Notes: generated by a model from the letters alone, not told the origin. A stretch of DNA of 42,081 nt from a virus (IMGVR_UViG_3300010366_000020:1-42081); one strand, 5' to 3'; shown: positions 19,001 through 27,347, numbered from the stretch's first letter. Program-made: numbers and translations.

Positions 19001-19343
19001 CGTGGTACCCGCGGGCCGCGACGAGGGACCAGTCCATGGCGCGGATCGAGTCGATGCGGTGCCAGATGCACATCTGCGCCACGTCGTACGCGTCGACCAG
19101 ACCCTTGAGGGTGTCGAACGCTACCCGCTCGTGGCTGCGGGGCCGGGCGGAGATGTTGTAGCCGGTGACGAAGTCCCGCGACCGTGGGTTACGGGAGTAT
19201 CCGTCGTAGGGGCCGATCGGTTCGCCGGGGGAGAACGGGCGGCCAGGGGTCATGCCGGCGTCGGCCTCAGCCGCCGCGACCGATGGTGGTTCGGCGGGGC
19301 CGAACACCTTCCGCAAAGCGGCGAGGCGGTCGCGGACACCCAT
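16083..19343 (-). CDS. Portal protein fused to Nudix hydrolase, MuF-like and C-terminal domains
   Basis: N-terminal ~420 aa portal (YGRAPLE, FTEGNIP, AYHVVPADLG); Nudix box GHLEGDETPLQGAWREWAEETG; CDLC...GPRCRC MuF-like motif; C-terminal YWTRGEGLGKW...HPW domain. Confidence 0.88.
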   Translation of the reverse strand: MGVRDRLAALRKVFGPAEPPSVAAAEADAGMTPGRPFSPGEPIGPYDGYSRNPRSRDFVTGYNISARPRSHERVAFDTLKGLVDAYDVAQMCIWHRIDSIRAMDWSLVAARGYHGDADAAIAAGMAVLEKPDRQTPFANWLAKWLYDVLAYDAGTLYRMRNRRGDAIGLRVVDGTSIAPLLDYWGNSPEPPAEAYVQYVQGLPFNWLTRADLVYEPFRPVTNSPYGRAPLESILLNANTDLRFQAYFLQRFTEGNIPEAFASAPETWTPTQIEQFQEYWDAFMLGDQAMKNQIRWIPGGSTIEWSNEKDFSDQFSLFLMRKSCAAYHVVPADLGFTENVNRSSGETQADVQHRVGDLPLLSHVEGILTGFLRHDLGLPVEFSFDTGQEKEDRLALAQAWQIYIESGMASADEGREQLLGLPGDPHRPTPRFYNTGTGPLPLAAIDGLAGKVDPETFGPAPDQPNIAPPSPAAPGPVAKDAQAPSAGITTETGIVGYDLVGHSPDEDEDEEYERQELVKRELTAFRRFRQARRRAGTWRDFEFRHVDQVEAHRLNDGGRLAVRKAAGKVAVAGLAVRAADTGRVLMLQRALCDDDPAAGCWECPSGHLEGDETPLQGAWREWAEETGCIPPPGQQTGTWTSPDGVYQGIVWTVDSESCVPVNGSRDTVTNPDDPDGDAVEAVAWWDPAQLPGNPAVRPELLDSIDAVLAALGCEPVAKADAGQRAQAIAPAQQRVVDGLARLADTLTDGGASTGPFVDDAVGVLRDGIREGLTLGTQDADTAAVAKTSAEFEEWRKAFDARFAQYATVVQTAYEEGRSLATLSTGDGWLIRWDAKPGACDLCSARDGNLYEPGDLPGLPGMGGFGDLATVCRGGPRCRCGITYLSQGGAAQPGSAGQRGPIPTPSTGQSGVAAFQQRLTADIVAARQVRQAGHRDPTSGPYADLLDRIADQRAEQQRPYLQGLLRDLRQAAGGGVATLGGVAAGTAVAGATVTVLGDEDQPAPADVQKVDEGVAGDAEARHLHEYWTRGEGLGKWVDAPHPWRTLRAHLAQFIHDPEELDRTTSQWFHDATGMWSGERKGKNPVGPG

Positions 19344-19363
19344 GTGACGAACCCTCCGTTCGC

Positions 19364-21822
19364 CTACCTGTGGTGGTGTCCTCGGTGGAGGGCGTCACGA
19401 ACTCGTTTGCGGGCGGCAACGGGATCCTCGGTAGGCGCGGGTGTGGGCTCGACGGCCGATGTGGGTGCGGCTTCCCCTGCCGGGGCGGCTGGCGTGGGTT
19501 GCGTGGCGACGGTTTCCGCCCTGCGGCGGATGTAGTCGATCCACGCCTGGGCGCCGGTGCCGTCCAGCATCAACTGCGCCAACGCCTGACTCGTCGCGTC
19601 CACCTGGTCGTCGTGGCCGCCGTGGGGGAACGCCGCCGCCTCGTCAATGAGCCCTTCAGGGTCGAACAACGCGATCGACGCCTCCGGCAGATGCACGTTA
19701 CCGGCCTCGATGATGGGCGCGACAGCGTTGGCCCGGGCGTACTTGCTCTCCGTCGGGGTGACCGCCACGATCCCCGGGATTTTCGACCGGAACGTGTCGA
19801 TGATCGCTGTCCCGTTGGCCTTGTCCTCCACGTACTTCGCGGTGGCTTGCGGCCACCGCGCCGTCATCGCCTTGAACGCCGCCATCGTGTCGGTAAACGA
19901 CAGGCGTCTGTGGATCTGGTCGAGCAGGTACAGGTTCGCGCCGCGCCGGGCCCACACCTGCCCAACCACGTAGTCCGAGGACTTGGTGTCCTTGAAGGTC
20001 ATGTCCCACGACATGACCATCTCGTCGCACTCGTCCACGAGGTAGGCGTCCGGCGCCGTCGGGTGCTGCGACCACAGCGGCGCGCTGTAGCGACGCCACC
20101 ACGTCCGCCTCCACACGTTCCCGGCATCCGGCGACGGGCGCCCCTGGTACAGGGCGTTGAACACACGGGAGCCGACGTCGAGGCGGATCTGTTCCCACTG
20201 CGCGACGGTCCGGCCGCGGGCCGACACCATCCACTCGCCCGGCTGCCGGCCCAGCGGATCAGTCTCGCCCGCCTCGGGGTTGTGGTCAGCGAGCGCGGGA
20301 ATGTTGATCAGTCGCCACGGTGACCCGTCCTGGCTTAGCAGCCGACCGGCGAGGTCATCCTCATGCCAGCGAGTGTTATGGCTGACCAGCCCGTTGGCAA
20401 TGAAGTTTTCGGTGCGGTCGACCTGGATGTCGTAGACCTCATCGACTCCCGCTGGCTCTACAGCGGCGACCTCATCGAATACCACGCTCCACGTACTCAG
20501 CGGCCTGACGTAGGAGGCCAGGGTCGCTGCGCCCATATCCGACTGCGAGGTTGCAGCTGTTGCAGAGCAGACCGCGCACTGCTCCGGTGTCGTGGCAGTG
20601 GTCGACGCAGAGCATTTCGGCCCAGTGATCGGGGCTCTTGGCTGCATCCGGGAGTGCATGGCAGATAGCACAGACGCCGCCTTGCTCTCCCAGGATGCGT
20701 TCGTAATCGTCGAGCGTGATCCCGTAGCGATGCTTGAGCTTGGCTGATCGGCGAGAGCGAGAACCAGGCGCAGAAGAGGGTGGGCGGTGGCCGGCAGCCC
20801 AACGGGCTCGGCCGTAATGCGACATGCACATGCCTTTGCAGCGGGCTGGCTCATCGCAGTCATTGATTGAGCAGGTGACGCCTCGGTATTGCCCCCAATA
20901 GCCCTCAGGATGCGTGACGCCGGCCTTAGGCGATCCGTTCGCAGCCATACCTCTGCCCCGTCCCTGACGGTCAGGAATGGGTGGCGGGCGTTGGCCCGCA
21001 CGGTGGCCCCTGACTTCATCCTGATTTTATAGATCGTATCAGGACCTTGGCTGGACCAGTTGCGCACCACTGACGTGACGAGTCTCCCGGCCTCATAGGT
21101 GGCAATGGCGTCCCCTGGACGCACATCCCGCAGTGGCCTCTCCGTACCATCCGCCATGAGCACAGGAGTGTCCCCGGTCATGCACAAGATGAGAACGACG
21201 GGCGCGCCTGGGGCGAGGCGGGTACGAGCGACGTTGGTCCACCAGTCCCACACGCCGTCCCGGTACACCTGAGAGTCGGCCTGCTTGCGGTCCTTGACCG
21301 GATCGTCCAGGAGTAGCAGGTCAACAGGACGGCCGGTCAGCGCCCCGCCGATGCCGACGCAGTACACGCCACCGCGGTGACCGTCAAGCTGCCACTCGTG
21401 GGCGGCGGCCATGTCCTGCCGCACTGACAGCCCTAGTTCGGGGTGTTCGGCGACGTCGTTGCGGATGGCTCGGCCCCACCGACGGGCGACGCCGTGCTCG
21501 TAGGAGGCGATTGCGATACGCAGGTCCGGGTTGCGGGTCAGCAGCCACAGCGGTGTGCGGCGGCTGACCCGTTCGCTTTTCCCTCTTGCGGGCTCATGCA
21601 GATGATCAGCCGCTCGCACGAGCCGTTGGCCACATCCACCAGTGCAGCATCGATCAAGCCCAACGCGGCGGTCTGTACGGTCTTCGGGTCCACCGCCAGA
21701 GCCAGTGCGCCTGGCGTGGCGAAGGAAGGCCCGTAAGACTTAGCTTCAGCCCGAAGCCGGGCCAGAAGCCGTTGCTTCGCTGCGAGATCCCAACTGCGCC
21801 ACGAGTCGTTCGATCTCGGCAT
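19364..21822 (-). CDS. terL: Terminase large subunit (intein-containing; -1 frame break at 21577-21583)
   Basis: Walker A MSPQEGK|SERVSRR split across two frames; LTGRPVDLLLLDDPVKD Walker B; TRWHEDDL; nuclease SWDMTFK, VEDKANG and HDDQVDA. Start ATG 21822 is inferred. Confidence 0.9.
20375..21184 (-). mobile_element. Intein (270 aa) in TerL
   Basis: Starts CMTGDTPVLMADG, block B ANARHPF, ends VYDIQVDRTENFIANGLVSHN with +1 Thr; removal restores VVLIL-TRWHEDDLAG. Confidence 0.95.
20472..20948 (-). CDS. Endonuclease VII-family nuclease nested in the -1 frame inside the intein
   Basis: YGITLDDYERILGEQGGVCAIC...VDHCHDTGAVRGLLCNSCNLAVG; N-terminal Cx4C...CxxHY finger. Confidence 0.9.
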   Translation of the reverse strand: MAANGSPKAGVTHPEGYWGQYRGVTCSINDCDEPARCKGMCMSHYGRARWAAGHRPPSSAPGSRSRRSAKLKHRYGITLDDYERILGEQGGVCAICHALPDAAKSPDHWAEMLCVDHCHDTGAVRGLLCNSCNLAVGYGRSDPGLLRQAAEYVERGIR

Positions 21823-22249
21823 CAACAGCGTCGACGTTGCGCACCTCCGACTTCGATGGAGCGTCAAGCCCGAATGTCTTCGCCACCCGCTCGTGGATCC
21901 GCAACGCCGTGTTGATGGCCGCGATCTTCGGGCCCACGTCTTCAAGCCGCTCGCCAGTCTCGTCATCGCGGATCACGGTGCCCCGCTGAACGCTGACCAA
22001 CGGATGGTGCGAGTTGAGGATCTTCATAGTCTCGGCGTAGAGCATCGCCACGCGATCGGCCTCAACCTTGCGAAGATCATCTACGGCCTCGTCCGGAATT
22101 GACGCCCGAACCTCGGCGAGGATCTGACTGACCCGTGCCTGGCTGATGCCGAACCGCTCGGCGATGGCATCTTGGGTGGCGCCGTTGAGATATGCCTGCC
22201 ACACCTCACCGTTACGGCCACGAAGACGATCACGAGGTCTGCTGGCCAT
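21746..22249 (-). CDS. terS: Terminase small subunit (HTH)
   Basis: N-terminal HTH GATQDAIAERFGISQARVSQIL; ERVAKTFGLDAP motif; directly upstream of terL. Confidence 0.75.
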   Translation of the reverse strand: MASRPRDRLRGRNGEVWQAYLNGATQDAIAERFGISQARVSQILAEVRASIPDEAVDDLRKVEADRVAMLYAETMKILNSHHPLVSVQRGTVIRDDETGERLEDVGPKIAAINTALRIHERVAKTFGLDAPSKSEVRNVDAVDAEIERLVAQLGSRSEATASGPASG

Positions 22250-22336
22250 AAGTTTTCACCACCTCACGCGGCGACCACGAGCAGGACAATGGCGAGCAGG
22301 GGTAGGACCTGCTGCGGACTATTGATCCGTTTCAAA

Positions 22337-24973
22337 TCAAAGCAGGGTGGCGCACACGTCATCAACGTAGATAGTGCCATTAAGATTTGTGTTAGCCACG
22401 TCTATTAATGCTGCTGTTATCCCGGCAGGGACGACGAGTTGGGCTGCGTACGCCGTCCAGTCCTGAACAGCTGTGATCGTCGGACTCAGGTAGGCCACGA
22501 CGGTGCGGGTTGTGTAATCTGACAAATACCAGGACACGCGGAAGACTGTTGAACCGCCGGTCATCGCCGCGACTTTAATCCAGCCGGTAACGATCAGTTC
22601 GCGGCCGGGAATTACCGCGATCATCTGCTGGAGGTTGGAGCCGACAGCTACCCCGGTGCCGACAATCTTGACCGATTTCGTACCCGTCCGGAACACGGAC
22701 GTGTCAAACGTGTAGGTAAGCGTCCCGCCCTTAGTCCACTGGATTCCCGGGTACAGCGGAAACGCGGCGGATGCCCCGAATGATGACGACGATTCGAAAT
22801 CACCGTTGACAAGCAGGTTGGTGTACTGCCCCATCACCGCAGATTGTGTCAAGGAGCCAGTATTGTCCATCTGGCAACCGTGATGGACCACACGCGGCAA
22901 GAATGAGGACAGGTTTTTGAAAACAGTCGTCGTGCGGGCGTAGGTATCAAACGCCACGCCGTACATGCTCAGGTATACACCGGCTACCGATGTTGCCGTG
23001 ACCTCGATTAGGTGGTCCCGGCCATCGCCCGTCTCCGTCTGGACACAGACACCGCCGAACAGGCCCATGGTCGTGCGGGGGTTGGCTGGATTAGAGGTGC
23101 GGGTCAACAAAATGTACGGGTTAGCGTTGTTCGACTCGAAATGGCACCCATAGAACCACAATTTACCGCCCTGATGTAGGACGGCGTAGTTGTTGTAGTC
23201 GAAACTGCATGCGTGGAATGAGACGTCTGGATCGCCGGTGGGTGATGTGTACACGGCTGTCGCGGTTCCGCTGGTGGCATTAGTAGCGTTGAAGAAGGTG
23301 CAGCCGTAGAAATTGTAATTCTCTCCAGCGTTTGCCTGAGCATCAATATTGAGGCTGTACCTGGCCCAGTGACCGGCAATGACCCTATCAAAAGTGATGC
23401 ACCACGTGTTCGCGTCAAAGAAAAACTGGTCCCTGAACCCGTTAACAGATACGTCGCGCAACGCGATCATCGACGAGTTAGCGGAGCCAACAAATCTGAA
23501 CCCGTCCGTGGTTGTCGTGTCCGACTGGGGGCCAAGAATCCTGAGGCCGCCGATGTGGTGCTCAATGGCGCGGAACGCCGCACCGCTGGTGGAGCAATCA
23601 AGCGTGATGGCGTATCCGGAGGTCAGGCCGGTGAAGTCAAGGATCACCTGCCCGGTGGCGAATACGCTGCCCTGGGTCGGATCCCACGCCAAGCTGGTAT
23701 TGCACTTGTACGTGCCCTGTGGGAGGTACACGTCGGCGCCGGTGGCGAGGATAGTGGTGATCGCCGACTGGATCGCGGCGCCTTCTTCCGCCCCGGTACC
23801 TGCGACGCCGAAGTCTCGGATGTTGCGGGCGGTCGAGGTTTTGGCGACGTAGGTAGATGCCGCCGTCGTGCTCGCCAGCTTCGCCGCAAGGTCCGCGACT
23901 AGTCCAGACACCTTCGCCTGGGCGATGGCTGCGGTGTTGGAGATGTCGGTGTCGACGATCGACCCGTCCGCGATTTTCGCCGATGTGACGCTGCCGTCGA
24001 TCGGCGTACGGGCGTCCGCCAATCGGCTGTCTGATCCGATGACCACCTGATCTGACGTGGCGTTGCCTGCCAGTGGGGTGTCTTTAAGCGCCGCGGTTCC
24101 CAGACCTAGATTCTGTCGGGCCGTCGCTGAGTCGGCCAGGTCGGCCAGGTTGCTGGCCTTGTTGAGCTTGGTTGCCGCTGCGGTGTCCGTATAGGCGCTG
24201 GCTGTAGCAAGTGTTGAGGTATCACCTGAGTCTGCGTAGGACTTGTTGACGGCTTGCGCCCCGGTTGTTGGCGTGGGCACGGTCGGCGGTGAAGTGAAAG
24301 TCTTCGTGCCTGCAATGCTCTGCCCTGTTGTCAGGTCAACAAAGTTTTGCGTCGCCGTGCCTGTGCCGCCCTGCGTTATGGGCAATGGAGAGGTTAGATG
24401 GGTGGCTACGACGGTGGGTGCCGTCGCGGCGCCGCCGATGTCGCCTGCAAGTTGCACAGCACCGGGCGACGATTCAGATGCGTTTGGTGCGGCAATGATT
24501 ACATCGACCCGGTTTTGCGCCTGGTTGTCCGTTACGCTCAGTGAAACGTTTGAGCCTTCGACCAGGTTAACCTCGGGCCGAGAGGCGATTACTGATCCGC
24601 CTTTGGCCACCTGCATACCAGTGATCGCCACTGGCGACGGGACCACCGTCGGCGACACCACAATCGACGACACGATGTACGGGCCAGCCCCGTTCGGTAC
24701 GACGATCGCGTACTGAGCAGCGAACCTGGGGTAGTCCCTGCGCTCGGTGACCAGGTAGTAGGTGTTGGCGGGGGAGATCAGGCTGTTTGGGGTCAGCGTG
24801 AGCGACCACACCCCGGAGCCGTTGGTGATCGTCGATATTGGGGCGTTAATCGCTTGGCCGTTGGCGAACCCTGGCATGGTGGAGCCGGTGTACAGCTGCA
24901 CGGTGATGTTGACGCCAGCGATGACGGCGCCGGTCGGGTCCACGACCGTGTTGATCACCGTGGGATTAGTCAC
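22337..24973 (-). CDS. Tailspike/fibre-like protein with beta-helix (pectin-lyase-like) and C-terminal carbohydrate-binding-like domain
   Basis: Fibre motifs (NLADLADSATARQNLGLG, DGSVTSAKIADG); NIRDFG...AIQSAI...VYLPQGTY beta-helix start; NLLVNGDFE...IYVDDV CBM-like end. Confidence 0.8.
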   Translation of the reverse strand: MTNPTVINTVVDPTGAVIAGVNITVQLYTGSTMPGFANGQAINAPISTITNGSGVWSLTLTPNSLISPANTYYLVTERRDYPRFAAQYAIVVPNGAGPYIVSSIVVSPTVVPSPVAITGMQVAKGGSVIASRPEVNLVEGSNVSLSVTDNQAQNRVDVIIAAPNASESSPGAVQLAGDIGGAATAPTVVATHLTSPLPITQGGTGTATQNFVDLTTGQSIAGTKTFTSPPTVPTPTTGAQAVNKSYADSGDTSTLATASAYTDTAAATKLNKASNLADLADSATARQNLGLGTAALKDTPLAGNATSDQVVIGSDSRLADARTPIDGSVTSAKIADGSIVDTDISNTAAIAQAKVSGLVADLAAKLASTTAASTYVAKTSTARNIRDFGVAGTGAEEGAAIQSAITTILATGADVYLPQGTYKCNTSLAWDPTQGSVFATGQVILDFTGLTSGYAITLDCSTSGAAFRAIEHHIGGLRILGPQSDTTTTDGFRFVGSANSSMIALRDVSVNGFRDQFFFDANTWCITFDRVIAGHWARYSLNIDAQANAGENYNFYGCTFFNATNATSGTATAVYTSPTGDPDVSFHACSFDYNNYAVLHQGGKLWFYGCHFESNNANPYILLTRTSNPANPRTTMGLFGGVCVQTETGDGRDHLIEVTATSVAGVYLSMYGVAFDTYARTTTVFKNLSSFLPRVVHHGCQMDNTGSLTQSAVMGQYTNLLVNGDFESSSSFGASAAFPLYPGIQWTKGGTLTYTFDTSVFRTGTKSVKIVGTGVAVGSNLQQMIAVIPGRELIVTGWIKVAAMTGGSTVFRVSWYLSDYTTRTVVAYLSPTITAVQDWTAYAAQLVVPAGITAALIDVANTNLNGTIYVDDVCATLL

Positions 24974-25007
24974 CCGCCACCACCCCCGGGCGTTCGACAA
25001 GCGTGTG

Positions 25008-25310
25008 TCAGCGGCCGGTGGCTGCGAACCACGCGCGGGCGGCTTTCTTCACCCGGGCTGTTCCTCCGAGGCAACCGGGTTTGAACGCCCAGTTCTTCTC
25101 ACGCAGCGCCGTGGCGAACATGGCGTCCGGAACGACGTCGACTCGGTACCTCACGCCGAGCGCATCGGCGATGCGCGACCGGTGGTGGCCGTCGATGGTG
25201 TTGCCGTGCTGGTCACGCACAACCGGCACGAGGACACCGAAGCGTCCGATGCTCGCCCGTAGCGCGTCCTCGACGGGTGCGGGGAGTGCGGCGAAGAGTT
25301 GGTAGGCCAT
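25008..25310 (-). pseudogene. Truncated ParB/Srx-like N-terminal domain
   Basis: ALRASIGRFGVLVPVVRDQHGNTIDGHHRSRIA, followed by an unrelated-looking tail; a 13-bp duplication covers the start codon. Confidence 0.6.
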
Positions 25311-25328
25311 GTTGGTAGGCCATGTTGG
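25298..25328. repeat. 13-bp tandem duplication GTTGGTAGGCCAT x2 plus partial copy
   Basis: Read directly from the sequence. Confidence 0.9.
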
Positions 25329-25417
25329 ACACGTGTTGATCTCCAAGCGGGGAACGGGTGGGGAACAGTGGTGCCCGGCCCAGCCGCCCGTTCCCCAACA
25401 GGGCCAGGCCGGGCACG

Positions 25418-25441
25418 AAAAAGCCGGCCACACGGGCCGGC
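25418..25441 (-). terminator. Rho-independent terminator
   Basis: GCCGGCC-CGTGT-GGCCGGC-TTTTT after the 25460 gene. Confidence 0.7.
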
Positions 25442-25459
25442 GGCTTACAGGGGTGGAGC

Positions 25460-25945
25460 TCAGACGTCCGGGGTGACCTCCTCGGGCGGCCCGGCGACGA
25501 TGTTGGCCCGCTCCGCCAGGCCCGGGACGACCACGATCTGAAGATCACCGGTGAGGGTGAACCCGGCGCCGGTGAACTCGCCGTGCACGTTCGCGACGCC
25601 GAGAACACCGGTGGCCGCAGCGACGGCGGTGCCGTCGCCGTTGTCGGTCAGGTTGACGATGGTGGGGTCGTCGACGGTGTACACGGCGGTCGCATCCTGC
25701 GGGGTGGGGACGGGGTTGCCTACCTCGTCGGTCCACTGCACGGACAGCGTGGTCTTCTTGTCGGCGAGCAGATCCATAGCTACGTCAATCCTTCCGGTCG
25801 GTGTGCTGTACGGGGGCGGGTTGATGGCCCGGTCTTGCGGGGTGGTGTCTTCGGGCGCGCCGATGCGCCACACGACACGCAGAGGGCGCAGCCCTTTGAC
25901 GTGCGCGTTGATGGTGAGGGTGATGTCGCCGAGGTCGAGTTGCAC
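25460..25945 (-). CDS. Ig-like (Big-type) domain protein
   Basis: TLSVQWTDEVGNPV...VYTVDDPTIVNLTDNGDGTAVAAATG...G.A.V pattern; GAGAGG RBS before GTG 25945. Confidence 0.55.
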   Translation of the reverse strand: MQLDLGDITLTINAHVKGLRPLRVVWRIGAPEDTTPQDRAINPPPYSTPTGRIDVAMDLLADKKTTLSVQWTDEVGNPVPTPQDATAVYTVDDPTIVNLTDNGDGTAVAAATGVLGVANVHGEFTGAGFTLTGDLQIVVVPGLAERANIVAGPPEEVTPDV

Positions 25946-26135
25946 GTCGACCGCCTCTCGCTCGGATGGGATGGTTCGGGGCGCCGGGTTCTCACACCCG
26001 GCGCAGCCCACGCCCGGGCGGGCGTCCTGCCGCCACAGGCTTGATGGTGCGGGCGCGCAGGCCAACGCGCGGGGGACGCGCCCGCGCACAGTGCTGGCCT
26101 TCGCAGGGTCAGGGCGTTGACGCGCCCGCACACGT

Positions 26136-26438
26136 TCAGGCGGCGGCGAGCAGCTCGTCGGCGAGGGACCGCAGCCGTTCGCCGGGCGGCTCGCAGCGGC
26201 GGTGCGACTTACCGGAGCGGCGGGTGTCACGCTCGGCGTCAAGTATATCGCCGAGGCGGTGCAGCGGCCTGCCGCGCCAGTCGCGGGCCACGATCGCGAG
26301 CGTCCTGTGTTGCCCGTCGGGGCCGACCCAGCCCCGGGTACGCCAGCCGCGGATGCGATGCTCGGCTACCTGCGCAGCTTGGGCGGCCTTCTCCGTGGTG
26401 ACCTGCGCATCCAGGTCATAGAGGGGGGCGTAGTCCAT
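26136..26438 (-). CDS. MerR-like HTH DNA-binding protein
   Basis: VTTEKAAQAAQVAEHRIRGWRTRG...GRPLHRLGDILDAE. Confidence 0.7.
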   Translation of the reverse strand: MDYAPLYDLDAQVTTEKAAQAAQVAEHRIRGWRTRGWVGPDGQHRTLAIVARDWRGRPLHRLGDILDAERDTRRSGKSHRRCEPPGERLRSLADELLAAA

Positions 26439-26457
26439 CGGCACCCCCTGATACGAC

Positions 26458-26487
26458 AAAACCCCGAGACAACTGCCTCGGGGTTTT
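26458..26487. terminator. Bidirectional-type intrinsic terminator hairpin
   Basis: AAAACCCCGAG-ACAACTGC-CTCGGGGTTTT. Confidence 0.7.
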
Positions 26488-26510
26488 CTGCGCACGATGA
26501 ACGCGCCGTC

Positions 26511-26539
26511 ACTGTAGCTCGGGATTCGGGGAAGATCAA
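26511..26539 (-). promoter_or_regulatory. Sigma70/HrdB-type promoter facing the late genes
   Basis: TTGATC-N17-TACAGT. Confidence 0.6.
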
Positions 26540-26540
26540 A

Positions 26541-27347
26541 TCACCCCGCTAACTCTTTCGCCGCCGCTATCTGCTCCCACTCGTCCATCGTCCACATCGT
26601 GCCGCACACCCCGCACGTGATGTACCGGGCTTGGCTGTCGTCTTCGTCCATCGGATCTATTACCCGCCTCAACGACCCTGCCGTGTCGCAGCGGGGGCAG
26701 GGCTGCCGGTACCGCTGGACGTAGCGCTTGAGGTTGAGCACCTGCCGCATGGCGTCGGTGGCGTGCCGCAGCTCGTCCGCGAACGTCGCGATGTCGGGGT
26801 GCTCCCGCAACGCCCAGTCCAGGCGCTCGGCCAGCCACGACACCGACGGGACGCCCAGTTCACCGACACCGCGCAACGCTGCCCAGCGCGCACACCAGCG
26901 GGCCACGGTCAGGTGGGGTGGTAGGTCGCCGTGCTGGTCGCCGTCGGGGATCAGCGTCGGGTGGCCGTCGTCGGCCACGAGCTCGACGGTCCAGGACTCA
27001 CGCACCAGCGGCCGGGGCAGGCCGGGGACCGGGATCTCCTCCACGTGGCGGACCGTGCGCAGATGGGTGACGAAGTGCTGCGGCGTGCCCAGGTTCCCGG
27101 CGGCGGTGAGGTTGAGCGCCTCACCCCCAGGCAGGGCCGGCTCAGCTCCACGCGGCCCTGGTTCCCGCCACGCCTGGATCGAGGGTGCGACCGCGGCGGG
27201 AAGCAGGGCAACGAGGTCGGGCCAGGCGTCGAGGTCCTGTCGAATGCCGTGGGCGCAGCCGCCGCACGTCTGGGAACGCTCGGCGGCGGGCTGCCTGCCG
27301 CAGATGGCACAGTCGGGCCGGTCAGTCGGTTCGGTGGAGGGGTTCAT
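26541..27347 (-). CDS. Zinc-ribbon phage protein, putative late-transcription regulator
   Basis: CAIC..CGGC N-terminus; WLAERLDWALREHPDIATFADEL; CPRC...CGVC..W C-terminus; last early gene before the late region. Confidence 0.55.
   Translation of the reverse strand: MNPSTEPTDRPDCAICGRQPAAERSQTCGGCAHGIRQDLDAWPDLVALLPAAVAPSIQAWREPGPRGAEPALPGGEALNLTAAGNLGTPQHFVTHLRTVRHVEEIPVPGLPRPLVRESWTVELVADDGHPTLIPDGDQHGDLPPHLTVARWCARWAALRGVGELGVPSVSWLAERLDWALREHPDIATFADELRHATDAMRQVLNLKRYVQRYRQPCPRCDTAGSLRRVIDPMDEDDSQARYITCGVCGTMWTMDEWEQIAAAKELAG

Noticed and set aside
21586-21619. ORF-track start of TerL at 21619
   Set aside because: It lacks the N-terminal half of the Walker A region, which is encoded in the adjacent frame.
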